Shown here in pieces: positions 26,943 to 40,490 of a DNA stretch of 64,000 nt (positions are counted from its first letter, which is position 1; every line of letters begins with the position of its first letter). The stretch is from contig OX597814.1 in assembly GCA_951406725.2 (NCBI GenBank), positions 60,140,001-60,204,000 on the forward strand. Direction: 5' to 3'. The notes beneath the pieces were generated by a model that saw only the letters and a list, made by a program, of their open reading frames with translations, was not told where the DNA came from and did no database searches. The DNA is from Octopus vulgaris. Its lineage: Eukaryota. The position numbers were made by a program, and so were the translations under genes.

Positions 26943-27169
26943 GGCGGCGAGCTGGCAAAAACGTTAGCACGTCGGGCGAAATGCTTAGCGGTATTTCGTC
27001 TGCCGCTACGTTCTGGGTTCAAATTCCGCCGAGGTCGACTTTGCCTTTCATCCTTTCGGGGTCGATAAATTAAGTACCAGTTACGCACTGGGTCGATGTA
27101 ATCAACTTAATCTGTTTGTCTGTCCTTGTTTGTCCCCTCTGTGTTTAGCCCCTAGTGGGTAGTAAAGAA

Positions 27170-27170
<1 letters not shown>
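26943..27170 (+). mobile_element. SINE family B, full length
   Basis: tRNA-like head, GGTTCAAATTCC B box, central GCCTTTCATCCTTTCGGGGTCGATAAATTAAGTACCAG (resembles the MetaSINE domain, from recall). Confidence 0.92.
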
Positions 27171-27227
<57 letters not shown>

Positions 27228-27228
27228 G

Positions 27229-27306
<78 letters not shown>

Positions 27307-27323
27307 TGTATGTATATATGTAT

Positions 27324-27404
<81 letters not shown>

Positions 27405-27446
27405 CATATATATATATATTGTGTGTATGTATGTGTGTGTTTATCG

Positions 27447-27860
27447 ATATACATAGAAATTCAGAACCAAAAAGGTGCTGATGCCGCTATAGGCCAATGG
27501 GCTTATTAAAATATGGAGCGATAAAGGCAATATAGATAACCAAATGTAAAATATTCACCAGCCGCTTCGTTTGTATCATTGAAAACCTCAAATCCGGCTG
27601 AAATCACATGATTTATTAGTTCGAGTGGCGGACGAAGCGGTGATTGTCTGCCGCAAGCGATGGGTATGATGTGCTTTTAAGCACTGTATAGTCATGTGAG
27701 AGATTTCACTCTTGGTAAATGTCGCAGTATTTATGTTGTCTAACGCAACAACCACTTTTAAGAAACCTTTGTGTTTCTCTCTATCCCTTTGTAATTTAAT
27801 AAACCTACTGGTCTTTAACGACACCAGCGCTTGTGCTGGTTCTGTATTTTTATGTAATAT
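27447..27860. mobile_element. Old foldback/MITE-like element with about 85-bp diverged inverted termini
   Basis: ACATAGAAATTCAGAACCA..GGTGCTGATGCCGCTATAGGCCAATGGGCTTATTAAA aligns with the reverse complement of about 27778-27860. Confidence 0.65.
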
Positions 27861-27891
27861 GCTAGCGCGGCAGTTATATATTCATTTTTTA

Positions 27892-27994
<103 letters not shown>

Positions 27995-28040
27995 AGATAG
28001 AAAGATAGATAGATAGAAAGATAGATAGATAGATAGATAT

Positions 28041-28094
<54 letters not shown>

Positions 28095-28097
28095 GAA

Positions 28098-28260
28098 GAC
28101 GGAATGACCGGTTGATAAGGTGTTCGTTTCATAACAAGATTGTGAGTTCGATTCCTGGTCTGTACATACCATTTCACATTACTCCAGTCTACTTAGCTGA
28201 ATACGAGTTGAATATGAGATGTTTTGCTGTCTACACTTCGTGAGTACATTGTACCTAAAA
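28098..28260 (+). mobile_element. Degenerate tRNA-derived SINE related to family A
   Basis: B box GAGTTCGATTCC and CATTTCACATTACTCCAGTCTACTTAGCTG core. Confidence 0.6.
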
Positions 28261-28587
28261 CAGTTTGGGAATATATAGTACAAGACAAAAAATCATACAG
28301 GCTTGCAAGTGACAGCTAAGCTATATTTACATTTATATATCGTTACATATTCATATATACTTGTGCATAAATAGTTCCGTGTCAATTCACTGTTTTCCAA
28401 CTCTACTAGTTCAATCAGGCAACAAAATAATCTTTTGTGGGTGAACGAACATATACATTGAAAATTTGCCATTTTGATGGACAAGAAGTGAGATATAAGA
28501 GGCGGAGAGAAAAGAATAGTGAACAAAAGGAAGAAATATATTTATAAATACCATCTTTCTAATTAACATTTTATCCTCTATTTTTTA

Positions 28588-28995
28588 TCTTTTACTAGTT
28601 TCAGTCATTTAACTTCGGCCATGCTGGAGCACCGCCTTGACGACTGTTTTGTCGAATATATCGACTACAATACTTTTTTAAAACTTGGTACATATTCTAT
28701 TGGTCTCTTTTGCCGAAGCGCTAATTTACCAAGACATAAACACATCAACGGCGGTTGTCATGCAAAGACACATACACACAGACACTAAATATACTTACAC
28801 ACAAACACAGATATACACACACAAATGTACAATGAGTTTCTTTCAGTTTCCGTCCACCAAATCCATTCACAAGGCTTTATTTGGCCGAATCTGTAGTAGA
28901 AAACAGTTGCCCAAGGCTCCACGTAAAGATGTTGAACTCGAAACCACGCGGTTGGAAAAAGAGCTTCTTAACACAAAGTCACGATAGTGCCTATA
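28588..28995 (-). mobile_element. SINE family C, full-length diverged copy
   Basis: Collinear with the reverse complement of 55463-55837. Confidence 0.85.
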
Positions 28996-29419
28996 ATATA
29001 AACAATATTTTCATTCGTCCCACTTTGTATCATTTCGCATAATATCTAAATTCGTCTCAAGAATGTTACCACATACTTTATTTCAACGGTAGAAGGTAAC
29101 TTATTTTATGAGGAAAGAAGTGTGAACTGTATGGATTTGATGGGATAGCACGAAACCAGTCACCACTGAGGTGCAAAGAACAGAGCTATAAAACTGAAAT
29201 TATTTGGACATGGAATTTAAAACTAAATTTTACAGAAGGTATCTTGATGCAAAATTGAGCGTTGCAGTTAACCAAGTTATATAATTAACTGGCATATAAT
29301 TAAGTATACTTGGTTATATTATGTGTGTGAGTAGGTGAATGTGCGTATACATACATATATACATATACATATGTAAATGTATATATATATATATATATAT
29401 ATATTTACCACCTTGAAAT

Positions 29420-29476
29420 ATCATGCCGATGAAGGAAAATAATTTTAAAATTCTAATCCCGAAACGCGTACATGAT
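29420..29476 (+). ncRNA. Minimal type I hammerhead ribozyme motif (Penelope type) with a U4C core change
   Basis: Stem I ATCATG/CATGAT; core CCGATGA; stem II GGA..TCC; GAAAC-GC-GTA with palindromic ACGCGT stem III; lies in a TA-flanked repeat at about 29404-29600. Confidence 0.7.
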
Positions 29477-29596
29477 TAATCGTAAGACTGGTTGTTTTCG
29501 TTATTTTTTCTTCTTTTTGCCTATGTGAGTTACGAGTATTGCGATCTATGGAGTTATATTGTAGTTAAAAGAATTAGACGTTTTGCTATTTCTAAG

Positions 29597-29665
<69 letters not shown>

Positions 29666-29835
29666 AGATAAGAAAATGGTAAATCATTTTACCTTTGCCC
29701 ATATAATACAGTAAATGAATTGATTACATCGCAATCATTAACATTTATGTATTAACTTTGTTGGATACTTCACTAGCAGTATATTGGATATATGTTATCC
29801 CATGGAGGGTTGCTTTTACAACCCCTATCTCAATT

Positions 29836-29871
<36 letters not shown>

Positions 29872-30248
29872 ATCCAAATAATGTGAAAAAGAATTTCTGT
29901 AATGATTTGTTATAATTGTTTCTCAACGCCAGTTTGCGAAAATATTCGAAGTGATAATTTACATAATGTTTAGTGTTTCAGACATTAGAGAGGCATTTCA
30001 TCAGACTCGCATCAAAGGTTCGCTTTTACGCACAATGTCATCTTATTATTTGATTAATAATTTACCCTTCAACAAACCCACAGAACGCTGTTATCGTTAT
30101 GAAACCAGGGTTTTCTAAGCTTGAAGTAATCCAGCATTGGTCGGAAACCTGAAAGTGTTGTGATTTCGAATTGAGTGCTTCTCTAGAGGTACGCTACATT
30201 TATACCCTTCGAAGACCTTATACACACATACACACACACACATGTATG

Positions 30249-30291
<43 letters not shown>

Positions 30292-30422
30292 GCGAATATC
30301 AGATGGCAAATGAATGAACGATTATTTTATTAACTCCATTATCTTACACTTGTTTCTGCTATAAGATGCATAGTTTAGTACCAGAGCAACACCTTATATA
30401 ACCGGAGTCTAGAATACACACT

Positions 30423-30487
<65 letters not shown>

Positions 30488-30489
30488 TC

Positions 30490-30586
<97 letters not shown>

Positions 30587-30588
<2 letters not shown>

Positions 30589-30809
30589 TTCTTTATTGCC
30601 CACAGGGGGATAAACACAGAGGGGACAAACAAGGACAAACAATGGGCTTAAGTCGGTTACATCGACCCCAGTGCGTAACTGGTACTTAATTTATCGACCC
30701 TGAAAGGATGAAAGGCAAAGTCGACCTCGGCGGAATATGAACTCAGAACGTAACGACAGCCGAAATACCGGTAAGCATTTCGCCCGACGTGCTAACGATT
30801 CTGCCAGCT
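30587..30809 (-). mobile_element. SINE family B
   Basis: Reverse complement of the 26943-27170 type. Confidence 0.92.
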
Positions 30810-30870
30810 ATAGATAGACAGATAACCTCTAGCTCAAACACACACACACACACATACATCTATATATATG

Positions 30871-30956
<86 letters not shown>

Positions 30957-30958
<2 letters not shown>

Positions 30959-31140
30959 GACGCCTGTTTAGATTAGAACTCTAGCGACTGTGGTTTTGAT
31001 ACCTGGACCGAAATGCTCGTTGTGGCTTTGAGCAAAGCACTACACTTCACAATACCCTGCGATCTTCTCGGCAGCTGATGTCTGGAACACTTGTACTTGT
31101 ACACACAATTCCGATTTCATGGAGAGACAATCACTGAATG
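30957..31140 (+). mobile_element. Degenerate SINE (family A-like head)
   Basis: GTGGTTTTGATACCTGGACC B-box region and TTGAGCAAAGCACT core. Confidence 0.5.
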
Positions 31141-33344
31141 ACATATTCTTACTTACCTACGCGAGTTTAGTCTCCTCATTCTTTCTCTTTTATGGAGAAT
31201 TTATGGATTTTCTGCTAGTCAATGATGTTTGGTCGTGTGGCACTTTAATCAGGCCCATTCAACTTATTCGAGTCCCCTTCAAATGAGTTATATAATCATT
31301 TCAGAATGAGTGATGTTCCTGTTCGCCTACTGTCAATAATATAGGTTTAAAGTTTGGTCCTTCATTCCCGTTGCTTTTATGCTATCAATTTCTTTATACC
31401 TAATCTAGACTTTTCTTGATATTAGAGGACCATCATACAAAAGAAACAATAGCTACATCTGGATTAAATAACGAGGAATGAATAAGTATATTAAGTTCAT
31501 ATCAATCGATTATTCTCTTTTCACACAAATATGTACAGTCAAAGGAACTCTTTATTTCAAATTATTTATCCTTACATCGCTTCGCATTTATCTTCATATC
31601 TGTTTACCTTAGCATAGAACAATTATTAACATATCACTTTTCCTGTATTTGTATAGTTTCTTGATGTTCTCGATTATTTCATTCGGAGATAGCAGAAGTG
31701 AATAATCATTTAAACAAAGAAACTGAAGTGTGCAAATGAAAGTTCATTGTCAGCCTTTGTATCTTTTGATCAATTACTAATCTATGTAAAAAGCTTCCGG
31801 TTAGAAGACATCTAACAGTTGTCTATGTTATTGTTTGAATCCTGAAATATTAGGGGAAGTTGGCTACAATGTCGTCGAGTACTTAGCTTTACAAAATGAA
31901 TCAAAATTATTAACTGCACTTGAATATATTTTGTATCTAACTGTATTCCTCCTGTATGTAAGTTAAGTATGTATAATCCTCATTCTTCGCTACTAGAAAG
32001 AAGTATTCTTATACACATTCAGCGTATTTGAATACCGTAAACTAAAAGCAGTCAAGAACGAACGGCCAGCCTCAGATAAAGATTGAAAAACTAATCAATA
32101 TCACATAAGAAGCTTCCAAGAGATGATGAAAGTAATATCATTGAAATTATTTGAAGGTGACAAGAAAATTCTAAAAGGGGTTTTGTTATATACGAAGACG
32201 AAAATCGATTTTAATTTGTTCCCAAATGTGCTAGTGCAAACAAAGAAAGAACAGCTGAATGAATGAAAGAAAGAGAAATGCAATTTATAAGCCTATTTCT
32301 AATAGTATGCTTAAGTAATAAATGTTAATTAAAGTGTATAATGGGACAAATAATTATTGTTGTAAGCTACACCGTAAACTAGAAGTAGTTACTGCAGATC
32401 ACAGAGGATAACTTCTGTCAATACTCTTCTCAGCTTAAATTAAATAAATTCCATCCTATTCATGATAACGCCACCTGCAGACACATTGGAACAGTCTAAA
32501 TTCTTTTCTGATGAATATGTTTTAAGATCATTTTAAGCTGCACCCTCTAGACAAGTTAAGTTTGAGGTCATCTTCTGCTGAATTCGTATATAGATAATAC
32601 TTTCAATTATTGCTCAAATGGAACATATAACAAAAATGCTGATATATTTTATATACATATGTATGTATATACACGTGTTTATCACAAAAGATTCAACTAT
32701 CGATGTTAATCAGTACAGAGTTAAACACAAAAGGAAAATAAAAGCATATAGATATCACTAAGAAGAGAAGTATTAAATCACTTTCACATTAATTTCATAC
32801 ATAAATCAGAATTACATATACGTGTGTCTGTGTGTGTGTGAGTGTGTGTGTGTGTGTGTGTGCGTGTGTGTATGACATATGTCCCACAATAAAAAAATAG
32901 TCGTTATTATCATGCATGGCTATATATTCTATAGCATAGATTGTCAGAAATAGTAAATTTTCTCCTAGATAGGTTACACGAGTCAGGTTACTGATTCGGG
33001 TTACCTTTCCTCTCTACTTTCTTATTTGTCTTATAGATCCTGGGTAAATCTCCAATTTACCCCTACCCATACCTAGTATTCAATTGCAATATTGCTATGC
33101 AATAGTAAGCACTTGGTTAAAAATACGTAGGTACACATTCAGTAGAAAATGGTAAATTTCCCCCTAGATAGGTTACTCACAGTCTTTGCAGTGTGGCCTT
33201 ATTCTTGAATAGATGGTGATCTACTATTCAAAAACGTCGAATCTCCTGCCTTTGGTACAGTTACATATGGATACATATAAGTTAATGTAGAGGCAAACAT
33301 AAGGATATTTTTTAAGTGCAAAATGCTCACTAGAGCATTTTTAT

Positions 33345-33535
33345 TGTGTGGGGGTGGGCTGCCCCCTCCAAATAATCGCTTGATAACTACTGTGTTTATA
33401 TCCTCGTAATTTACCGGTTTGGCAAAAGGCACCGATAGAATAAGTACTAGGCTGACGAAGAATAAGTCCTAGGTCGATTTATTTAAGGCAGTACCCCAAC
33501 ACTGCCGCAGCCAAATGATTGAAATACGCAAAATA
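33345..33535 (+). mobile_element. SINE family C, 3' half, degenerate
   Basis: GGCAAAAGGCACCGATAGAATAAGTACT..GCCGCAGCCAAATGATTGAAA. Confidence 0.75.
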
Positions 33536-33537
33536 AG

Positions 33538-33577
<40 letters not shown>

Positions 33578-33647
33578 ATATATATGAAAGAAATAATTAA
33601 GATTCAGTTGAATTAGGTACTTCACTTGAGACACCAAGAGTGAGTTT

Positions 33648-33940
33648 TCCGGGTTGCTGTACCTTCATAATCCCCATTAGACTCATCCAGCTCTTTCTGA
33701 ATCCTCTGTACTATCCTCAGATTGACACCCAAACACTCTAAAATGTTTGTACTGGAGATTCCGGCGCGAATGCCTAGCAGTACAGCATGTCATTTCTAAA
33801 TTTCTTGCAGAGTGAATTGCATCATAGAGCTGTTTTTCTCACAGACGGTGCCCAACTGACCCTAATATTCAAAATCAAACAATGCGAAATCGCGAAATCA
33901 AAAATATAAAAATGGTAACAATTTACCCATTGCATCCTAT
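33648..33940 (-). mobile_element. Tc1/mariner-superfamily 5' end fragment (terminus plus HTH region)
   Basis: Minus translation HAVLLGIRAGISSTNILECLGVNLRIVQRIQKELDESNGDYEGTATRKTHS; terminus next to TA. Confidence 0.65.
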
Positions 33941-33959
33941 ATATGTGTGTGTGTGTGTG

Positions 33960-34195
33960 TGTAAATGTAATATGTGACAATTATTCGATAGCCATGATAA
34001 AACTCCGTGTTTCGGATGTCGGGACGGAAATCCACGCCGCCATCTCTACAGTTATCCGGGCATCGGAAAAAATCTTACAGTTTTTTTCTGATGCCCGGAT
34101 AACTGCAGAGATGGCGGCGTGGATTTCCGCCCCCGACACCCGAAACTCGGAGTTTTATCATGGCAATCGAATAATTGTCACATATTACATTTACA
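33960..34195. repeat. GC-rich foldback (long inverted repeat)
   Basis: Arms of about 113 bp (33960-34072 and about 34081-34195) with only scattered mismatches; spacer about 8 nt. Confidence 0.95.
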
Positions 34196-34289
34196 GATAA
34201 ATTCTTCTATTTACATAATATCGAGGTCTTTTGTTGTCTTACCATTTCTATCAACATATGTATATATATAACATTTCCGCTGAACGGAA

Positions 34290-34436
34290 CCACAGTCCGT
34301 CGCACGGTTACCCATTTACAAACAAGTGGCTGGGACAATGTAAAATTAACTGTTTTGCTCAAGAACACATCACACGGCCAATCTAGGAATTAAAATAAAA
34401 CCTTGCGATTGTGAATGCGTCACCCTAACCACTCGG
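34290..34436 (-). mobile_element. Degenerate SINE family A
   Basis: TGTTTTGCTCAAGAACAC and CACCCTAACCACT match 4408-4495. Confidence 0.65.
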
Positions 34437-34934
34437 TTAAACAATAGTGGTGAGAATTTATCTAAAAAGTAATTCTAATTAAACACCAAAATGTTGATAA
34501 ATTAAACATAAATAGCAAATGCATGAGAAGACTGTCTCATTTTTAATGGTTGTCGTCCGAGCTATACTGACTAGACTTTTAGTCATCTTAACTAATTATA
34601 ACTATCGTTAATTATATTTATAGGTTAGTTATACGCTTTATTTGCTACGTGAATGGTAGCACCAGCTTTTATATTACAAGCAAGTTCAGTGTGTAAACAA
34701 GACTATATATTTCAGTTTTAAAAAGCTGGTAGAATTCTTGGAATTTCCACATTTTATTAACATTCTTATCTCTATTTTGATTCATTAATTTATAACATCA
34801 TATATTAGCGACAGAGGCAGGACCAATACCGAGAGCTAATCTCTTTTCCCAATTAAACGTGGATGTAATATTTGTTCTACTAGAACATCCAACTTAAAGT
34901 GGCGATAAGTATTACTTCGTAACATTATTTCGTT

Positions 34935-35122
34935 ATGAGCTGGCTGAATCGTTAGTGTCGGAAAATCTGCGACATATGTTGAAATCCATACATTCTGAGC
35001 TCAAAACCGGCCTTGATTAACCTTAACCTTTATTATCAAGGGTTTAAATAATAAAGTATTAGGTTAACGGTTTCAACTATATGTCTCTCACCAAAATTGC
35101 TGGTCTTATGCCTAAATGAGAA
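34935..35122 (+). mobile_element. Highly degenerate SINE family B
   Basis: GAGCTGGCTGAATCGTTAG head, TTCTGAGCTCAAA, CCAAAATTGCTGGTCTTATGCCTAAA tail. Confidence 0.6.
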
Positions 35123-35554
35123 ATATAATATTATTATGAGAAAGATTTCAATTTTGTCTTCAATTTCATTATATATTTGAGGCTATAAGTAGTGTAACAC
35201 TTGAACTTCTATCATTACCTTGAAGATCTTCAGCTGTTTCATCTATTCAGTCCTGCAGTTAAGCATATACATCATCAAGCTGAATATGTTTATAAATAAT
35301 TGATTTCAAGAATGACTATATCTCATAATCCTAGGTAATCGTTGTAAAGAGTTTGTTTCAGTATTTTACTTATGTTACGACACAAGCAAGTGTGCCAGTT
35401 ATCCCTTGTAAAGAAAAAAATAAAGGCATATGAGACACACAAAATAATACAAATAGCTTCGATATCATTTATGAAAGATCAGAATAAATCAAACGCAGCG
35501 ACCAATTGATCGATCAAATGGCTGTTTAAGCATCACTGATTTGAGACAAAAGGC

Positions 35555-35600
35555 AACAGCAACAAAAACAACAAGTAATAATAATAACAATAATAACAAT

Positions 35601-35633
<33 letters not shown>

Positions 35634-35962
35634 AATAATAATAATAATAATAACAATGATGATGATGACGACGACGACGATGAGGATGATGATGATGACG
35701 ACGACGACGACGACGACGATGATGATGATGAGGATGAGGACCATGATGATGACGATGATGATCTTGATCATGATCATGATGATAATGATCATCATCATCA
35801 TGACGACGACGACGACGATGATGATGATGATGATGATGATGATTAAAAGAAGAAGAAGAAGAAGAAGAAGAAAAGAAGAAGAAGAAGAAGAAGAAGAAGA
35901 AGAAGAAGAAGAAGAAGAAGAAGGAGAAAAAGAGGAGAAGAAGGGGGAGAAAAAGGAGGAGG
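35555..35962. repeat. Compound trinucleotide array (AAT/AAC, GAT/GAC/CAT, GAA)
   Basis: Directly visible. Confidence 0.95.
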
Positions 35963-35963
35963 A

Positions 35964-36268
35964 GATTGTAAGATCATAGACTTTGCAATACCATATAAGA
36001 GAGTAGATACCAAAAAAGAGGGTTAATTGAGAGAAGTATCAGGTCGTAGCCAGAGAGATGAAAATATTATAGAATTATGATGATTATTCCTCAGGTAATT
36101 GGTTCGATTGTCACAATACCCAAACTGCTACCTGAGAAGCTGAACAATATTGGAATTCAGACTAACGTTATCGACCTGAAGAACGGTGCAAAAATATTAA
36201 GAAAGATTACTGAGATTCTAAGAGAGCTTTTGTTAACAAACCTCAAATACACATCCTTGCTAAATACG

Positions 36269-36271
<3 letters not shown>
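35964..36271 (+). mobile_element. RLE LINE 3' fragment (different subfamily) ending in (TAA)n
   Basis: CKIIDFAIPY..EKYQVVAREMK..IIPQVIG..AKILRKI. Confidence 0.75.
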
Positions 36272-36332
<61 letters not shown>

Positions 36333-36350
36333 CGCAACAACAACCACAGC

Positions 36351-36395
<45 letters not shown>

Positions 36396-36489
36396 CGCAA
36401 CAACAACCACAGCAATAATAATAATAATAGTAATAGCAACAACAACAACAGCAATAATAATAATAACAATAATAATAACAACCATAATA

Positions 36490-39178
36490 AGATGAATAGC
36501 TCCGGGCTAAATAACAACATGGATGTACACTAAAAGTTCTCTCCACAAAACAAAGAATCCAATAACATGGGTGCGATGGAGGGAAAACTTCGCAATACAA
36601 CTGTGGAAGAAGTTCTGTTAAAACAAAGGAATTAAAATATCGGAAATATTTTTGTTACATAACGTGTGGTTTCTTTCTTACGTGTGCGATATACCTGAGA
36701 AGTCGAAACCAGCACCAGGAACCCTGGAAAATTACCCCAATTACAATAAATTAAATAATTAGCTATATATACAACTGTCCATTCATCCATTTGCACATGC
36801 TAATATTTATAAGCAACATAAATAATCCGTACACAACACACACGTACAAACACAGAATATAAAAGGAAAACGTGTTACGAATGAGGCCGGACCAAACAAA
36901 AATAAAGCGACTTCTCACCGACGAATAAAAGAAGGATCAAATTAGCTACTCAGTTTAAAACATCACTAAACAGTTATACCCGGAAACATAGCTACCAAAA
37001 AAATAGAGGTGATGTTCGATCTATCAGCCTACGATATGACAAATATATCCATTCGAAGAAATCGGTGTCATGTCAGAAAGTCAACTCTGAACAAACAGAC
37101 CCGTCTCTTATTGTCACCGTCAATGCTTTAATGATAAGCCAAAAGTCATGCCGGTTCGGTCATCGTCGTGGGCAACAAGGACTGCGTTACCGAGTAGGGA
37201 ACCACACTGGACGAAAAATCTGCTGCTATAACAAACTCTTAAAAAAACGATCTACAAGGTAACCAGAACCAGGATAACCCCAACCCTAGACCTGTAGTGA
37301 CGCCACAAAAATACCACGTAAAGCAAACTTCATAAGATGGAATAGAGAGGATTATTGAGATACGTTGAAAGCTTTCTATACAACCCAACTAAACCCAAAC
37401 AATAACCTTATTGAACAAACATACATTTCATGGAGAAACTTAGAAGGCAACGAAATATGCAAATATTTAGATGCAAATAAAATAAGCAATGTACGTAGAG
37501 ACATCATTAGCAATAAAATGTTAACTGACGCTTAAATTAGCCACATATCGCATGGTAGACCAAATGGAAACAGCAGCAATGTAGATGAAATAGGTAACAG
37601 ATGCACAGATAAAAGATAATAAATAACAGGTAACAGGTAACAGATGTACAGAATCCAGTTTACGAGCAGTACATCCCAACGATGAAGCAGAAGCAAGAAT
37701 AGCGAAGAAAAGATATGCGAAAAAAGAGGAGAAAGTAGACCTACCTCAAAACCACCAGAATAGATATGACACAGAACGGAAGGTGAATAATAAAGAGATC
37801 ATAGAAGCAAAAGATATTATGAAAGAACTCAACAAAACTGAGTTTACTGACATGATCAATAGAGAACCGCTACCATAGTTCTCAAACAGCATAAATAAAC
37901 AACATAATCGTGATATATATTGTTGCTCTTAGATAGGTCTTAAGAAATAAGGGAAATGACCTAACAACCTTAAATAACCTCATCTAATCCACTGCTAAAA
38001 TTGTGACTACTCAGCTAGGTATCAATACGACATGGAAAAGGACCAACCATATCAATAGACCTCGTATCTGGAAAGTAGCAATACAAAAAGATATCGAAAT
38101 TCTGCGGGCAGGTGTATCAGTTCTAGATTAACTTGCTAGAAACAAAACAAGCTAGAAAAACCAAGCAAAAATATAAAATGAAAGATTTTATAAACCTCCC
38201 TACAATCAAGAAAATAGTGAAACAGGGAATACAACTGAAAATCCAACGACTTAGATGGTATGATAAAAGAATAAAATTTTATCGACAAAGCAAGGTATTC
38301 AAGACAGATGCAAAGAAATTTTATAGGGAAATTGGTAAAAGTAAGATAGAAGTAAAGGAGCCAACTAAGACTGAGGAAATGGAAGAGTTCTTGAAGAAGA
38401 TATGGAGCAATAAAAAAGTATATATAGTTCACTAGCTAGAACGTGAGAAAGTGAGAATGTAAAAGGATATCGTATGGGTGAAACGATCAATTACTCTTAA
38501 ATAAAATGATTCTAGAAAACTGACGAGCAGAAAAGAGCCTGAGTATGACATAGATAGACTACATGAAAGCATTTTGAGAGTGCCTCACGTGATTGGCAAC
38601 TCAGGACACTTGAGATCTCTCCTAGCATCACCAAATTCTAACAAGATACCATGGCCAATTGGAACACACGCCTCCTTTTAAACCATAGAAATGAAATGAA
38701 CCAATCTAACAACATCAACATCAAACGAGGCATCTTTCAAGGTGACTTCCTCTTCCTGTTACTCTTTTGTATGGCACTTATCCCACTCTCAAACGAACTG
38801 AGTAACACCAGGTATGGGTTCAAAATGCATAATATTGTAGTAAATCATGTAAAGATGTTTACTAGAAATGACGAAAAGCTAATTGGGCTGTTGACAATTG
38901 CTAGAGTTCAGCAATGACGTCGGGATAGATTTGGACCTTGATAAATGTGCTAAAGCAACTTTTGTAAGAGGCAAGCTCAAGTAAACAGCTTCCATTAAAT
39001 TGGATACCGACATTACCATCAAGGAGCTTGCCCCACAAGAAAGTTATAAATACCGGGGAATAAGCGAAGGAGATGGTTTACAACATGCTACTATGAGAAC
39101 TGTCCCTCTTATTGTAGGTACCCTGCTCTCACAAAATCTACCAGAACAAACAAGACCGAACGTTCTGAGAAGTAAAAT
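36490..39178 (+). mobile_element. Long degraded, internally deleted R4/Dong-like LINE
   Basis: Leader after a TAA array; N-terminal domain (37330-37540); FKTDAKKFYREIG; RT motifs IKRGIFQGD..LLFCMALIPLS and GLDKCAK; jumps to VPLIVGTL and a 3' end matching 39948-40005. Confidence 0.85.
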
Positions 39179-39179
39179 G

Positions 39180-39243
<64 letters not shown>

Positions 39244-39258
39244 TAATTATCATTATTA

Positions 39259-39322
<64 letters not shown>

Positions 39323-39324
39323 CA

Positions 39325-40005
39325 TTCACATTTCTCTGTGGCAGCAGAAACGAAACAATCTCACATATTGTGAGTGAGTATAGCAAGCTGGCCCAAAAGC
39401 ACTACAAAAAGGAGGCACGTTATCGTACGGCCTAAACAGAGCACGGAAATGGTACGAACATGAACCAGAAGGAGTTACCGATAACAAGGAACATAAGATA
39501 CTGTGTGATCTGACAATAAAATGCGACTCCCTAATGGTGTCTCGGAGACTAGATATTGTTTTGGTAGATAGGGAAATATGGAAGCCAAGATCATAGATAT
39601 TGCAATACCTGGAGATGCACGCAAAAGTGGCAAAGAACTAGAAAAGACTGAAAAGTAGAGACTACTAAACGACGAAATTCCAAAAATGTGGTTTAGGAGG
39701 AGAGTGTCTGTCATTCCAGTAATTGTAGGGACACTTGGAGCACTAGTAACCAAATTTGAGAAATTTGTCAAACCATCGGAATTGACATGAGAGCAGAGCA
39801 AGCCCAAAACACTGCTCTGCTGGGGACAGCTAGGATTTTGAGATTGGCTCTTGGGCGTCGAATGTCTCCCACGATAATTAGCCACCAAGTATCAAAACTT
39901 ACAATGTGTGGGAAAAGATTTGTGAGACCTCTGACAGCAAGCTGCTGTCTGCTCTCACAGAATCTGCCAGAACAAATAAGACCGAATGTTCTGAGAAGTA
40001 GAACG
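39325..40005 (+). mobile_element. RLE LINE 5'-truncated copy (endonuclease plus 3' UTR) ending in (TAA)n
   Basis: KWYEHEPEGV..RRLDIV..KIIDIAIPGD..EKTEK..IPVIVGTLG..TALLGTARILR. Confidence 0.85.
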
Positions 40006-40014
40006 ATAATAATG

Positions 40015-40090
<76 letters not shown>

Positions 40091-40229
40091 TAATAATAAT
40101 AATGATAATAATAATAATAAAAATGATAATAATGATGATATTAATAATGCTGATGATATTGCTGCCCACCATCTTCTTTCGGCTGGGTAAAGTAAAGTAA
40201 AATGCGACTCAGATACGAAGTTCTTTCGT

Positions 40230-40490
40230 GTGCACTGTTATAACGCCTTCAGATTATTGCTCTTGAACAGTCTGTGAGTTGTTTTGTTCAACATCGACGT
40301 GGAGTTTAAAAAGTGACTTAATGAATTCTTCAAAACCCAGTTATTTCTACTATCATGCCATTGATACCGCTGGCAAGAAGTTGTAAGCATTGAAGCTGAA
40401 TATATTATGGACTAATTGACGGAGCTTTTAACATAGTTGATGAAAAATAAGTATTAAAAGATAAATGGAAAGAAATCTGACCGCCCAATA
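40230..40490 (+). mobile_element. Mariner 3' fragment, degraded
   Basis: PSDY..LNEFF..RWQEVVSIEAEYIMD* C-terminal pattern; TIR-like end CCCAA followed by TA. Confidence 0.6.

Noticed and set aside
29975-30010. Minus-strand CTGATGA..GAAAC
   Set aside because: No stem II pairing and no NUH triplet with stem I.
31157-31458. Possible minus-strand exon bounded by CCAG and GTAAGT
   Set aside because: No long open frame in the ORF track, and such splice-like motifs are common by chance.
35541-35979. Poly-N/D/E acidic ORFs
   Set aside because: Compound trinucleotide microsatellite with no complex coding sequence or splice support.
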